Of a stretch of 64,000 bases of DNA, positions 12,004-24,158 are shown piece after piece (the stretch's first letter is position 1; every line of letters starts with the position of its first letter). The translations under genes were made by a program, and so were the position numbers. Below the pieces are notes generated by a model, which was not told the origin of the DNA, did no database searches, and was given only the letters and a program-made list of their open reading frames with translations. Origin of the DNA: Octopus vulgaris (Eukaryota); NCBI GenBank assembly GCA_951406725.2, contig OX597838.1:25358001-25422000 (forward strand), read 5' to 3'.

Positions 12004-12385
12004 AGGTGCAAGAGTGGCTGTGTGGTAAGTAGCTTGCTTACCAACCACATGGTTCCAGGTTCAGTCCCACTGTGTGGCACCTTGGGCAAGTGTCTTCTTC
12101 TATAGCCTCGGGCCAACCAAAGCCTTGTGAGTGGATTTGGTAGACGGAAACTGAAAGAAGCCCGTTGTATATATGTATGTGTGTGTATGTTTGTCCCCCC
12201 AACATCGCTTGACAACCAATGTTGGTGTGTTTGTGTCCCTGTAACTTAGTGGTTTGGCAAAAGAGACTGATAGAATAAGTACTAGGCTTACAAAGAATAA
12301 GTCCTGGGGTCAATTTGCTTGACTAAAGGCGGTGCTCCAGCATGGCCGCAGTCAAATGACTGAAACATGTAAAAGAGTAAAAGAA
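12004..12385 (+). mobile_element. Near full-length CORE-SINE
   Basis: TGGCTGTGTGG A-box, GGTTCAGTCCC B-box, ACCTTGGGCAAGT core, internal TA/TG repeat, GTAAAAGA tail. Confidence 0.9.
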
Positions 12386-13267
12386 TATATATATATATAT
12401 ACACACACACACATATGTATATATACACACACACATGTATGTACGTGTGTATGTATATATTATATATATGTTGTGTATTTTATATGTAGGTGCAGGCATG
12501 GTTGTGTAGTAAGAAGCTTGCTTCTCAACCACATGGTTTTGGGTTCAGTCCCACTGTGTAGCCCCTTGGGTAAATGTCTTCAACTGTAGCCGCAGGTCAA
12601 CCAAAGCCTTGTAAGTGGATTTGATTGCTAGAAACTGAAAGAATCTCATTCCTAAATATATATATATATGTGTGTGTGTGTGTGTTTGTGTATGTGTGTG
12701 TCTGCTTGTCTTGGCATCACATGATTTGTTGTAAATGATTGTCACTGTCATACACGCAGTGTCATTCGTTTCCAATATTTTGTGAGAACATTTCTGGTCA
12801 TGGGGAAATATCACCTTGTTTGGAAACGGGTGAGGTCTGGTAATGGTAGGACCATCTAGCTGCAGAAAATCTGCTTCAAATAAACTCTGTCCGACCCATG
12901 CAAGCATGAAAAAATGGATGTTAAATAACAATAATGATGATAATATATCTATGGTAAGAAAGAACAATAACAGACCCTTTATTGTTGTAGTTCTCGTAAG
13001 TTTTACTGGTTTGGTTGATGTCCCCTAGCAACAAAATCTATTGTGGGATATCTGGATTCAAAGCATGAGAAGCTTCCCCTCTTTTCAAAGATGTGGAATT
13101 GTTAAAGTGTCAGTCAAAATGCTTTGCTGTATATTTTCTGGTTCTATTTATTCGGAGTTTAAATCTTATCCTTTTGGGTTGATAAAATAAAATGCTAGTC
13201 AAGTACTGGGGCCCTGTGTATTTTCCTCTTTACTAAATAAATAAGTTAATAAATAAATGAATCGGTG

Positions 13268-13768
13268 CTGGCGTGGCTGTGTGGGAAGTAGCTTGCTTAT
13301 CAATGACATGGTTCCAGGTTCAGTCCCACTGTGTGGCACCTTGGGTAAGTGTCTTCTTACCTGCGATGGACCGGCGTCCCATCCAGGTGGGGAACCTATA
13401 CGCCAAGGAAACCGGGAAACTGGCCCTTATGAGCCAGGCATGGCTCGAAAAGGAACAAACAAGTGTCTTCTACAATAGCCTCAGGCTGACCAAAGCCTTG
13501 TGAGTGGATTTGGTAGATGGAAACTAAAAGAAGCCCATCATATATATATGTGTGTGTGTGTGTGTTTGCGTGTCTGTGTTTGCCCCCACCTTCGCTTGAC
13601 AACTGATGTTGGTGTGTTTATGTCCCCACAACTTAGCGGTTCAGCAGAATTAACTGATAGGATAAGTACTAGGCTTACAAAGAATAAGCCCTGGTGTCGA
13701 TTTGTTCGACTAAAGGTGGTGCTCCAGCATGGTTGCAGTCAAATGACTGAAACAAATAAAAGAATAAA
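13268..13768 (+). mobile_element. CORE-SINE with 103-bp nested insertion (13358-13460)
   Basis: Insert flanked by the 11-bp direct repeat AAGTGTCTTCT (13347-13357, 13461-13471). Confidence 0.85.
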
Positions 13769-14172
13769 TATTTGGCCTTGTACCTAATTAAGATATAATA
13801 ATTATTAATGTTGTTGGTATATTCTGCAATTAGTTGTGTGCTGTTATGCTCTGAGTTTGAATCTTACCATGCTCGAAGGCTGTGAACTGGTAGAAGCCGC
13901 AGCATGCAGGACAAAATGAAACTGCTGAGGTCAACTTTCCCTTTATTCCTTCCAGGGAGATATCATCATCATCACTCAATGTCCACTTTCCATGCTGGCA
14001 TGGGTTGGACAGTTTGACTGTAACTTGTAACCAGAGAGCTGCACCAAATTCCAGTCTGATTTGGCTCAGTTTCTCTGGCTGGATGCCCTTCCTAATGCCA
14101 ATCACTCCAAGAGTGTAGTGGGTGCTTTTTACGGGCCATTTACATGACTCTGGCGACACACACACATTATAT

Positions 14173-14463
14173 ATTGAATAATAAGGGAACAATAAATATG
14201 TAACCAACTTCATTAGCTTACAGCTGTTTCTGCTGTTAGAAGTAGTGCACTCAGATCTGAGTGCTTGTGCAATGTCTGTAGCTTCCTTAGAGCCATTAAA
14301 AGGAAATGAAGTGTATGTTTATTTCAAAAAGCATTTTTATGGCTCTAAGAAAGCTATAAAATGTTGCACAAGCACTCAGTTCTGAGCATACTGCTCCTTA
14401 TAGCAGAAACAGCTGCAAGCTAATGAAGTTGATGATGTAATTCCTGTTGCCTTGTCATTCAAT
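14173..14463. mobile_element. Diverged inverted repeat with a degenerate hammerhead motif in each arm (Penelope-like)
   Basis: Arms ~14173-14300 and ~14334-14463; each carries GCAGAAACAGCTG(T/C)AAGC. Confidence 0.6.
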
Positions 14464-14471
14464 AATTATTA

Positions 14472-14919
14472 CTGGTTCTCATCGACTTACGACCTTAATT
14501 GGTTCTGACTAACTGGTCGTAAGTCAATTTGGTCGTAAGTCAGCCTATAGGCCTACAGAGCTTCATTTTATATTTTTACATTCTTAAGGTACATTCTCAG
14601 GTAAAAGTCACACACAGCATTCTGTATTATACTATTATACTGGCGTTAGTCAAAAATTTCAGAGTCTTAAACAGTTGTCTTACAAACAAATACGAGGTTG
14701 CCCCGATGTCTCCGTGACATGATAGTCATCCAAAACAGCGGCAATTAATAGGGGAAGTGTTTGTTAGCTGACATCATCCATAGATGGGTTAATTTCTAAG
14801 AAATTATATCTATTAGATTTCAACTGGACTATTTATTATTGCTGCCAGGAGCTAGTACACCAATTGTCATAAAGTCGATTGGTCATAAGTCAGAGAGGTC
14901 GTAAGCCGATGATGACCTG
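14472..14919. mobile_element. Tigger/pogo-like MITE
   Basis: TIRs GGTTCTCATCGACTTACGACC / GGTCGTAAGCCGATGATGACC, with subterminal GGTCGTAAGTC repeats. Confidence 0.7.
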
Positions 14920-15133
14920 TTTTATACTCTGTAATTGCCTACGTGCTAACAACCGCTTATTAGTATATAGTTATTAGCTATCCCTAAGTGAAATCATAAG
15001 ATATATAGCCTTCTTCCACACGCACATACAAACTCTCTTATACACACGCATGCGCGCCTTTGTTTTGGGATCACCACTACTTTATCCCCCCTTCTCCCTA
15101 GCTCTCCTGTGTGACCCTTCTGTCCGGCATTCA

Positions 15134-15320
15134 CCATGATAGATCACTAGCCACTACACATTCTTTATTTTCTCTCCTTGTTTCTTTCTGTGTTCCTTTC
15201 TGCGGAAGAGCGTAGGCTCAAAACGTTAAAGACTTTTTCAGTTCCTGAGCATTATGCTAATACATCTGTTTATTGTCTACACCACCTGTCTTTGTCTTTT
15301 GTTTTTTTGTGACCCCACCC
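15134..15320 (+). mobile_element. Short Penelope-like remnant (family of 1774-1962)
   Basis: Colinear with 1774-1962; ends in (TA)n. Confidence 0.6.
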
Positions 15321-15392
15321 CATATATATATATATATATTATGCAAGCATAATATATATATTGACAATGACTTTGAAGACTTGGTCAGTTAA

Positions 15393-15596
15393 CCCTTTTG
15401 TAACCAACCTGGCTGAAACTGGCTCTGTCTTGTTTTTGTAAGTTCTGAATTAAAATCTTCCACCAAAGCTTAGTCACAATTTATGTTCCTAACACTAGCT
15501 TAATGATAACTAAGTTATTTTACTAAATACTTTGTTATATTTAAAGTAATTGAAAGAAACACAGAGCATCTCAAAATAAATGCAGTAATGAAAGGG
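15393..15596. mobile_element. piggyBac-type MITE
   Basis: TTAA|CCCTTT ... AAAGGG|TTAA; truncated second copy at ~44699-44880. Confidence 0.85.
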
Positions 15597-15761
15597 TTAA
15601 ACCATCATTGCATTTCTTAACTGGCTGACATTGGCTTAACTGGCTGACATTGGCTTAACTGGCCAAAACTTTAAGGTCCCTATCAACAACATTCTTGTAT
15701 AAGAAGATAAATTTGTACTCTAGAAAAGGATAGGTTATTGTAAAATAGTTTTTATAGTAAA

Positions 15762-16152
15762 CTAGCAGTATCACCTGGCGTTGCTCGGGTTTGTTTCGAC
15801 CCTTTAGAATTGGAATTTTTGAAAAGTAAAAATTTTGCATTATGTAGCTTGTTATTCTCTTTAAGTGAACATTTTTCTGGTTGAAATACACTGAAAAATG
15901 GCGATACAGCAGTAAAAAAATCGTAAAAAATAGGGATTTTCATAGAAAAAAAAAGCACCTTTTGATGTAAATAATTTTTGGTGTTAACATGGTCAGATTT
16001 GAATTTTTTCTTCTATGGAAGGAGGAGCAAGCCTTCTTCTATCATACTCTCAATTTTGGTCAACTTGTGCTCCAGGGTCTTGGAGGAGAAAGTGTTAGTT
16101 GAAGGCTACCAAACCTTCCATACACAGACAACTTCAGCTTTATATATATAAA
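15762..16152 (-). mobile_element. Non-autonomous Helitron
   Basis: Minus strand starts in a TATATATA tract and ends with a GC-rich hairpin-like CCCGAGCAACGCCAGG followed by CTAG|T. Confidence 0.7.
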
Positions 16153-16339
16153 TACAAAAACAAACGTTGATTATCAAATCTCCAAGACCACATTATCAAG
16201 TGTGTCCTTTCTTTTTTAAGATGGTAGGATGTAATTTAAAGGAGATAGGGCTGCTATGTCTAGGAGGGTGAGCAACCACATAAAGGCCCCTTCCCACCCT
16301 GTAAGGTCATACTGATAGGCTTGTTGGTAGTAGTGACAT

Positions 16340-16840
16340 TATCACACACATACACATACATGCAATTACCTATGCATGCATTTAATTAAACATGTTGTTG
16401 CATGCACATACAAACATGCACACATACATATTCACTTGACTATACACATGCACAGTCACTTGCACACACATACACACACAGTCACTTACATAGACATACA
16501 TATATGTAGAAACATAATCATGCACACAGTCATATACACAGGCAAACACAATGGCACACACGTACAATCACATGCACAAATGCAATCAGACACACACACA
16601 CACAATCACATACAGACTCATACAAAGAGTCACATATACACACATGCAAACACATTCACACACACATGCAAACACATTCACACCCACATACAAACACGGT
16701 CACTTACGCGCACATGCACACAAGGACACAGTCACACGCACATACACACACACACACACAGTCACACACATATACAAACACAATCACACACACACACACG
16801 CGATCAAACCCAGTATCATGCATGTACATACACAGACATA
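16340..16840. repeat. Degenerate (CA)n-rich low-complexity tract
   Basis: Source of the His/Thr pseudo-ORFs. Confidence 0.9.
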
Positions 16841-17335
16841 TCACGCATTTATCCTCTCCCTTCTCCCCTTTCCCCCCAGTCACTCCTACTCCCACAGAAA
16901 CGCAAGGAAATTATCTTGTCTCATGTCACATGAATATAAAAGTGCAAACAAAAGGCATATATATATATGTGTGCACATCTGTACACAGTTGCCATATGCA
17001 TGCATATGTTCACACATGTGCATCTCTGCATATGTCTTCGTTGACACTACTTCAGCAATGGCGATGGTTGTTCATGTCCCACATAGACACAGAGGTCTAT
17101 TTTTATTAGTGAGACTAAGAATGTGTAAATTTAACATGACGCAGGATATGTGGCACTTTTGATTATCGTGGATATTTTTCTTTCTTTTTTTTTCTGTTTA
17201 GAAAATTCTATAACGCTTTATTGATTATGCATTGATTATGACTAAAAGCTCAATAGTAGAAATCAGCTATTAAGCTAGGTATGAGAGACTGTGCAAGAAG
17301 ACAGTAGAAACTGAGAATTAATGCAAAGCTTCAAT

Positions 17336-17895
17336 CAGGGCTTCTCAACCATTCGTTATCTATGAACCCCTTTGATTACCATTTTATTCTTGTGGACCAT
17401 CTCCCCCTAGCTATTTGATATTTAAAAACTAGTTTTATGGAAATTTCTTTCGAAATTCCTATTTTGTTCATCACTTGTGTAGTTTGAACTATGTAAAATG
17501 TTAGAGAAAGAAACCTAGCTATTTCTTGCAATACATACATCTTAAACTGGGGTTCTCAACCATTTTTTTTTTTATCTATGAACCCCTGATTACTATTTTA
17601 ATCTGGTGGACCCTCATAGCCAGTTGATATCTAAAAGCTAGTTTTATAGAAATTCCTTTCAAAATTCCTATTTTGTTTATCACACATTAACTCGTGTAGG
17701 TTGAACTAGGTAAAATGTTAGAAAGAAACCCAGCTGATTCATGCAATACATGCCAGTACACACATCCAAAGCAAAATTTTTTCAGGGTCCCTTAAAATAC
17801 CATTGTGGGTCCCCAATTTACTATTTTGTTGTGTGAACCTCCAAAATCTTATATGGATCCCCAGGGGACATATGGATCCCAGTTGAGAAGCACTG
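17336..17895. mobile_element. hAT-type MITE with internal duplication
   Basis: TIRs CAGGGCTTCTCAAC / GTTGAGAAGCACTG; flanks GCTTCAAT and ACTTAAAT (6/8 match, decayed 8-bp TSD); 5' ~200 bp repeated from ~17548. Confidence 0.75.
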
Positions 17896-18335
17896 ACTTA
17901 AATGAATGCTTTGGGTTGTCAGATAAAGTCATAGTTTTTTTTTGTTTAGATGGCATTCTGTCATCATGTGTCTGGAAAGAGGTAAAATTTATTCAAATTT
18001 CGAAAATGATAAGCAAAAGTTGTAGAGGAAGATTAGAGCTACAACCAACCACTAAACACTGTCTTTTATTTTTCTACTTGTTTTAGTCATTAGACTGTGG
18101 CCATGCTGGGGCACTTGCATTGAAGAATGTCTTCAGTCAAATGTATTGATCCTAGTACTTATTTTTTTGTAAAGCCTAGTACTTATTCTGTTAATCTCTT
18201 TTACTGAACCACTAAGTTATGGGGACATAAACACACCAGCACTGGTTGTCAGGTGGTGTTGGGTGGGTGGGGGGTCACACAAACACCGACACAGTGATTC
18301 TCACATACACATACATACATACATACATATATATA

Positions 18336-18672
18336 TCATCATCATTGTTTAACGTCCGTTTTCCATACTAGCATGGGGTGGACGGTTCGACCGGGGTCTA
18401 AGAAGCCAGGAGGTTGCACCAGGCTCCAGTCTGATCTGGCAGTGTTTCTACAGCTGGATGCCCTTCCTAACACCAACCACTCTGTGAGTGTAGTGGGTGC
18501 TTTTTACGTGCCACTGACACAGGGGCCAGAGGGGGCTGGCAAGGGCCACGATTGGTTGGTGCTTTTTACATGCCACCAGCACGGAAGCCAGCCAAGGCAG
18601 CGCTGGCATCAGCCATGCTCGGAGGGTGCTTTTTACATGCCACCGGCATGGGTATCACAACTATAATTTCCA
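18336..18672 (-). mobile_element. RTE 3'UTR / related SINE copy
   Basis: Same family as 201-543. Confidence 0.85.
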
Positions 18673-18717
18673 TTAAGTGGGAGATAAATAAATCCTTTTA
18701 GTATTAATACTTCTTCT

Positions 18718-19682
18718 CATCATCTTTGTTTAACATCTGCTTTCCATGCTGGCACGTGTTGGATGGTTTGACATGGAGCTGGCTAACAGAGAGCTGTCCA
18801 GACTCCAGCTGACTGTTGTGGAATGGTTTTTACAGCCAGATGCCTTTCCTAATGCCAACCACTTAACAGAGTATGCTGGGTGCTCTTTATGTGCCTTTGG
18901 CACAGGTGTGTTTATGAAGCACTGGCATCTGAAGGGACAAGCCTGTACATGTGAAAGACAGCAGTTTTACTTAGCTTGATGTGTCTTATCAAGTACAGCA
19001 AATCGCCACATCTCCTGGTCCCTTGTCATTTCCTCAGTGAGGCCCAGCATCCGAAGATCTTTTCACTTCATCCCATGTCTTCCAGAGTCTACCCCTTCCA
19101 CAGGTACCCTCTACAGTTGGAGCTCAGCACTTCTTTATGCAGCTGTCCTCATCCATATGCATCACATGACCAAACCAGCACAGTCTTATCTCTTGCACAC
19201 AACATCTGATGCCTCTTTACCCAGTTTTCCTCTAAAATCCTTTTCACTCTGTCATGCATGCACACTGACATTATCCATGCAGTGGAGCATGATAACTTCA
19301 TTTCTTTCAAGCCTTTGCAAGTCCTCTGTAGTCAAAGCCCATGTTTCACTGCTATCTAACATAGCTGTACATACACAGGCATCATACAATCTGCCTTTCA
19401 CTCCAAGGGAGAGGCCCTTAGTTACCAACAAAGATAAAAGCTTTCTGAATGTCACCCAGCCTGTTCTTATCTTAGCAACTACAATTTCAGAACTTCCACC
19501 ACCACTGCTAACTTGATCTCCTAGGTAACAGAAGGCATCTACTATTTCTAATGATCCCTCTGAGCATTTGAGGGAGCCTACTTATGTCTGCGCATTTTTA
19601 GTGCTTGTTGTGCCTGCACATTTGCTACACACAAAGGCTGTATTCTCCATTAACCTTCCTTTGATATTGCTGCGCTTCTTAT
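18718..19682 (-). mobile_element. RTE LINE 3' portion (ORF end plus 3'UTR)
   Basis: Closely similar to 8305-8720 (SETW, RLERNE motifs) and continues into the 3'UTR family. Confidence 0.9.
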
Positions 19683-20425
19683 TTTATGTATATACTAACA
19701 TACCCATGTCATCAAAAATGTTGAAAATTTTTATTATTGATGCAAAATGGCACAGCATCAAAATGGGGGAAACATTGATAAATATACGTACATATAGTAA
19801 ATACATGTATGTACACAGAATTAGTGCACTCGAAGAATTAGATACATTTGTAACATCTTGGTTGAAAATATTACGTGTGTGTGTGTATCTATATATAATG
19901 CATACATATGCACACACACACATATGTTCATATACATGCATATATATATATATATATATATACATACATGTGCATACATATGGAGATCCTCTTTCAGTTT
20001 TCATGCACCAAATCCACTCACAAGGCTTTGGTTAGCACTGTGATATAGTAGATGACTATATATATATATAATATGTGTGTGTATATATATATGTGTGTGT
20101 GTGTGTGTATGTGTACGCACACACACACAAACATTTGTATATAGATATCTCTTTCTTTATCTCTCTCTATATATAAACATACGCTTACATATTTATAAAA
20201 ACACCTTTGCATGTGCGTACATATACATATGTGTGTATGTGAATGTGTGCTTGTGCTCGTATGTTTGTTTACATTTTTTAGATTGATGAAATCAGTAAGA
20301 TATATCATCATTCACATAACATTTATATATAGGCTATGTTATGTGAATGATAATATTTTTGTAAACAAAAGCGTTTAATATTTAATTTCATATATATATA
20401 TTTATATATATATGTAGTGTGTGTG

Positions 20426-20960
20426 TGGAGGCACATGATTCAGTAGTTAGAGTGTCAGGCTCACAATCATGAGGTAGTGTGTTCAATTCCTGGACCGGGC
20501 TGTGTGTTGTGTTCTTGAGCAAGACACTTTATTTCATGGTTAGTTAGTTAGTTAGTTAATTTGGCTCAAAAGCAAATAGCAAGGCCATGTAGGGGGACAT
20601 GGAGTTAAGTACAGGGTGGTGTTCATGTAAAGAGTTCAGGCCACTTGAGGTCAAGGGAGGCTTTGAACAAAGCGGTCGTTGGCATCTTCACCATCTCGTC
20701 TGGCAGCTTGTTCCATGGATCCGCAACCCGGATGGTGCTCCAGTTCACTCATCTGTAGAAATGAGTTGCAACATCACTGGTGCCAAGCTGTATCAGCCTT
20801 TACCTTTTCCTTGGACAACATCAGTGGCATGGAAAGGGGAGACAGGTAGGCACGGGCAACTGCTTGTCTTCCATAAACCCCCTTGCCCAGACTTGTGCCT
20901 CGGAGGCTAAGTGTCTTGGTGCACTCCCATGGTCATTCATGACTGAAAGGGGTCTTTTAC
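20426..20960 (+). mobile_element. tRNA-derived SINE interrupted by a CR1 3' end
   Basis: A/B boxes, TTCTTGAGCAAGACACTTT; uninterrupted copies at 25631-25975 and 61212-61552. Confidence 0.85.
20541..20731 (-). mobile_element. CR1-clade LINE 3' end with (TAAC)n tail
   Basis: Minus frame RVADPWNKLPDEMVKMPTTALFKASLDLKWPELFT*; flanked by ATGGT direct repeats. Confidence 0.85.
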
Positions 20961-21000
<40 letters not shown>

Positions 21001-21003
<3 letters not shown>

Positions 21004-21345
21004 AATGGAGTTGAACGACGAATTAACAAAATTCCTTTATTTTCGACATATGTTTCGAAGGCTGCATATTCCTAATTGCGAAGGAATAAGGAGTATATTA
21101 TGCCGCTTTCTCATCAGATGATGAGAAAGCGGCATAATATACTCCTTATTCCTTCGCAATTAGGAATATGCAGCCTTCGAAACATATGTCGAAAATAAAG
21201 GAATTTTGTTAATTCGTCGTTCAACTCCATTCTTTCATATACTTATATTTAAAAAAAAAACATACAGATTTCCACATGAAAGCACGTAACTTCAAACGTG
21301 TCTTCTCTGATGTGAATTTGCTACCCAGGTATCGGTTAACCGAAT
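21001..21345. mobile_element. Penelope-like remnant: 116-bp-arm palindrome with hammerhead core plus unique 3' extension, within (TA)n
   Basis: 21001-21116 pairs with 21119-21234 (114/116); contains CTGATGA ... CGAAAC ATAT GTC. Confidence 0.75.
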
Positions 21346-21761
21346 TATATATATATATATATCTATATATATATATATATGTATATATATATGTATATAT
21401 ATGTATGCTTGTCAGATAAATTAATACTTACAACTTGGCATTCCATCATCATACATCTGAAAAAAAAAAAAAAAAAAGGTAAAATTTATTCAAATTTCAA
21501 AAAATTTGTAGAGGAAGAATAGAGCTCCAAAAACACATAAAACATGACAAAAAAAAAAGATTTGTGTGCTAATTCAGTAACATTTGAAAGGATTAAATAA
21601 AGAACAAGAAAGAAAATAAAAATGAATTAACTTATCTGACCACCTAATGATTCACATTGAATATATATAGCACAAATAGTGAATTGGCAGAGGTGTGAGC
21701 TGTTAGGACATTGTGATATTTATTTTGAGTCTCTGCTCTCTGAAATCAATTTTTCCTTATA

Positions 21762-21981
21762 TATTAGGGAGTGCTGAAAAGTTCCTGACTTTAAGGGTAT
21801 CATAAAAGGCTTGGTTGGAAGCCCGACCTTCCAAGTTCTTTATAGGGCTTATAAAAACTGAAGATTCTCTGCGATAAGTTTGTGAATCTGAGAGAGGAAT
21901 ATGTTGAGTAAAGTCATAATGAACCGGTCCTCCTGTATCTTCTTTTACCCGAAGCCAGGAACTTTTCAGCACCCCCTCGTG

Positions 21982-21982
<1 letters not shown>
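21762..21982. mobile_element. Mariner-derived MITE
   Basis: TIRs GTGCTGAAAAGTTCCTG / CAGGAACTTTTCAGCAC; second copy at 56579-56770. Confidence 0.85.
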
Positions 21983-22048
<66 letters not shown>

Positions 22049-23011
22049 AAAAAAAGTCAAGATAGAAAATGTTAATATAATTTTATAAAAAACATTTCAG
22101 TACCAGTTTCAGTTATTGAGACTTTTTCATGCATACATATATATATACGACAGGCTTCTTTTAGTTTCCAAATCCACTCACAAGTATGTGTGTCTTTGTG
22201 CCTGTTTTTGTTGCCCACCACTACTTGACAACCAGCACTGGTGTATTTATGTTCTTATAACTTAGTGTTTCAGCAAAAGAGACCAATAGAATAAGTACTA
22301 GGCTTTAAAAAAAGTCTTTGTGGGGGCGATCTGTTCAATTAAAACCCTTCAAGGTGGTGCCTCAGTATGGCCACACTCGAATGATTGAAACAAGTAAAAG
22401 ATAAGAGATAATATTTGTAACTCTTAATGTGTTGAGTGCTTCTTTCTTTTCTTTGTCCGCTTGTGTCATCATCATCATCATCATCGTTCATGGAAAGCGG
22501 ATGCTAAACGATGATGATGATATATATATGTATATATACACACATATATATTACGTAGTGTATGAGGAGTCAAGTGCCATTGAATCTTGTATTTATTGTT
22601 TTCAATTACAATTGAACATTTAATGTAATTCAAAAATGTATAAATATATTTATTTTAGGAGGTACCCCTCCTCCTCTGCTGCCACTCTTCCCCTCCTCTC
22701 CCCCTTCACTTCTCATTAATCTCTCTCATAGAAGAGATGTATTCATTCGTTTATTTATTTATTGAACAGCCGAAGAAAACTCCTCACAGAGCTTTCATTT
22801 GTGTGTTTTATTAAACAGTTTGATGCTTATTATCTGTGGGAAGATTATTAAACGATAATTAAGTCGCGTTATTTAAACATTCTAGTTTTAACGAGAGAGT
22901 CTTTTTTTTTTTTAAATATTTTATATTTTTATTTTAGACATTGTAATCAAATTAATGAAATGGGGTGAGGGGGGTTAAGTGGCAGATTATAAAGAAAGTT
23001 TTAATTTTGTA

Positions 23012-23044
<33 letters not shown>

Positions 23045-23529
23045 TAATCTGGGATTGAACAAAACACATGTATTCTTTGTTCAGTTGCTAGATTATCCCT
23101 CCACCATCATCTCTCATTTTTACAAATGTGTAATTTATAGGTTAGGATGTGACTGAGTGGTTGAGAAACTTGCTTCCCAACTATGTGGTCTTTGGCTTAG
23201 TCCCACTGTGTGGCACCTTGGACATAAGATTGCTCAGTGAAAAATGAATTATTTTATTAAGTATAGTCGAGGCTAATGTTAGTACAGATATTCTGTTTTA
23301 CATTACCTTAACTTTAAATATGAATAAATGTTTTCCTTACTGAAAGCTTATTGGTAGCTTATTTTATATTAACAAAAAATGCTGTCACATCGCTAATACT
23401 CTTTGAGGTTTAATCCCTAATATTAGTAAATCTATGTCATTTACTGGTTGTACTTTACCATATCATTCATCATCAACGACAATGATAATTACTATTGAGC
23501 AAATATATTTACATATATAATTTTCAAAT

Positions 23530-23843
23530 GTTGGGCCTCATGGAGGCAGTGACATGTGACCTACACCTTTGACAATATGCCATGCTTGAGAAGATCTGTC
23601 AAGCCAAGTGAAATTGTAGTCATGGCTTGCCAGTGTTGCATAACTGGCATCCATGCCAGTGGCATGTAAAGGGGACACCCACTACACTTTTGGAGTGGTT
23701 GGCATCAGGAAGGGCATCCAGCCGTAGAAACTGTGCCATATCAGATTGGAACCTGGTACAGCTCCCCAGCTTACTGGTTTTCATTCAAACTGTCCAGCCC
23801 CATGCCAGCATGGAAAGTGGACATCAGATGATGATGATGATGA
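23530..23843 (+). mobile_element. RTE 3'UTR fragment
   Basis: AGGAAGGGCATCCAGCCGTAGAAAC and (ATG)n tail. Confidence 0.8.
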
Positions 23844-23854
23844 GGTAAAGTGAA

Positions 23855-24158
23855 GGCATGTTGGTTAGTGCTTAGGGTATTCGGCTCACAGTCATAACAT
23901 TGTGGGTTCAATTCCTGGTGGTATGTTTATGTTCTGGAGAAAGACACTTTATTTCTTGCTGCTCTAAGCCACTCAGTTGGCTAAAATGTGTTGTACTTGT
24001 ATTTTCAAAGGGCCAGCCTTGTCACATTCTGTGTTGCTCTGATCTCTCTGAGAGCTGTGTTAAAGGTCTGCATGTCTGTGGAGTACTCAGCCGTTTGCAC
24101 ATTAATTTCATAAGCAGGCTGTTCCATTGATCAGATCAACTGGAACATTCTTTGTCAT
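23855..24158 (+). mobile_element. tRNA-derived SINE (degraded)
   Basis: GGTTCAATTCC B-box; body matches the minus copy at ~48800-49050. Confidence 0.7.

Noticed and set aside
14560-14606. TTAAG|GTACAT and CTCAG|GTAAAA as recursive sites or a 12-nt microexon
   Set aside because: Weak donors, inside a Tigger-like MITE.
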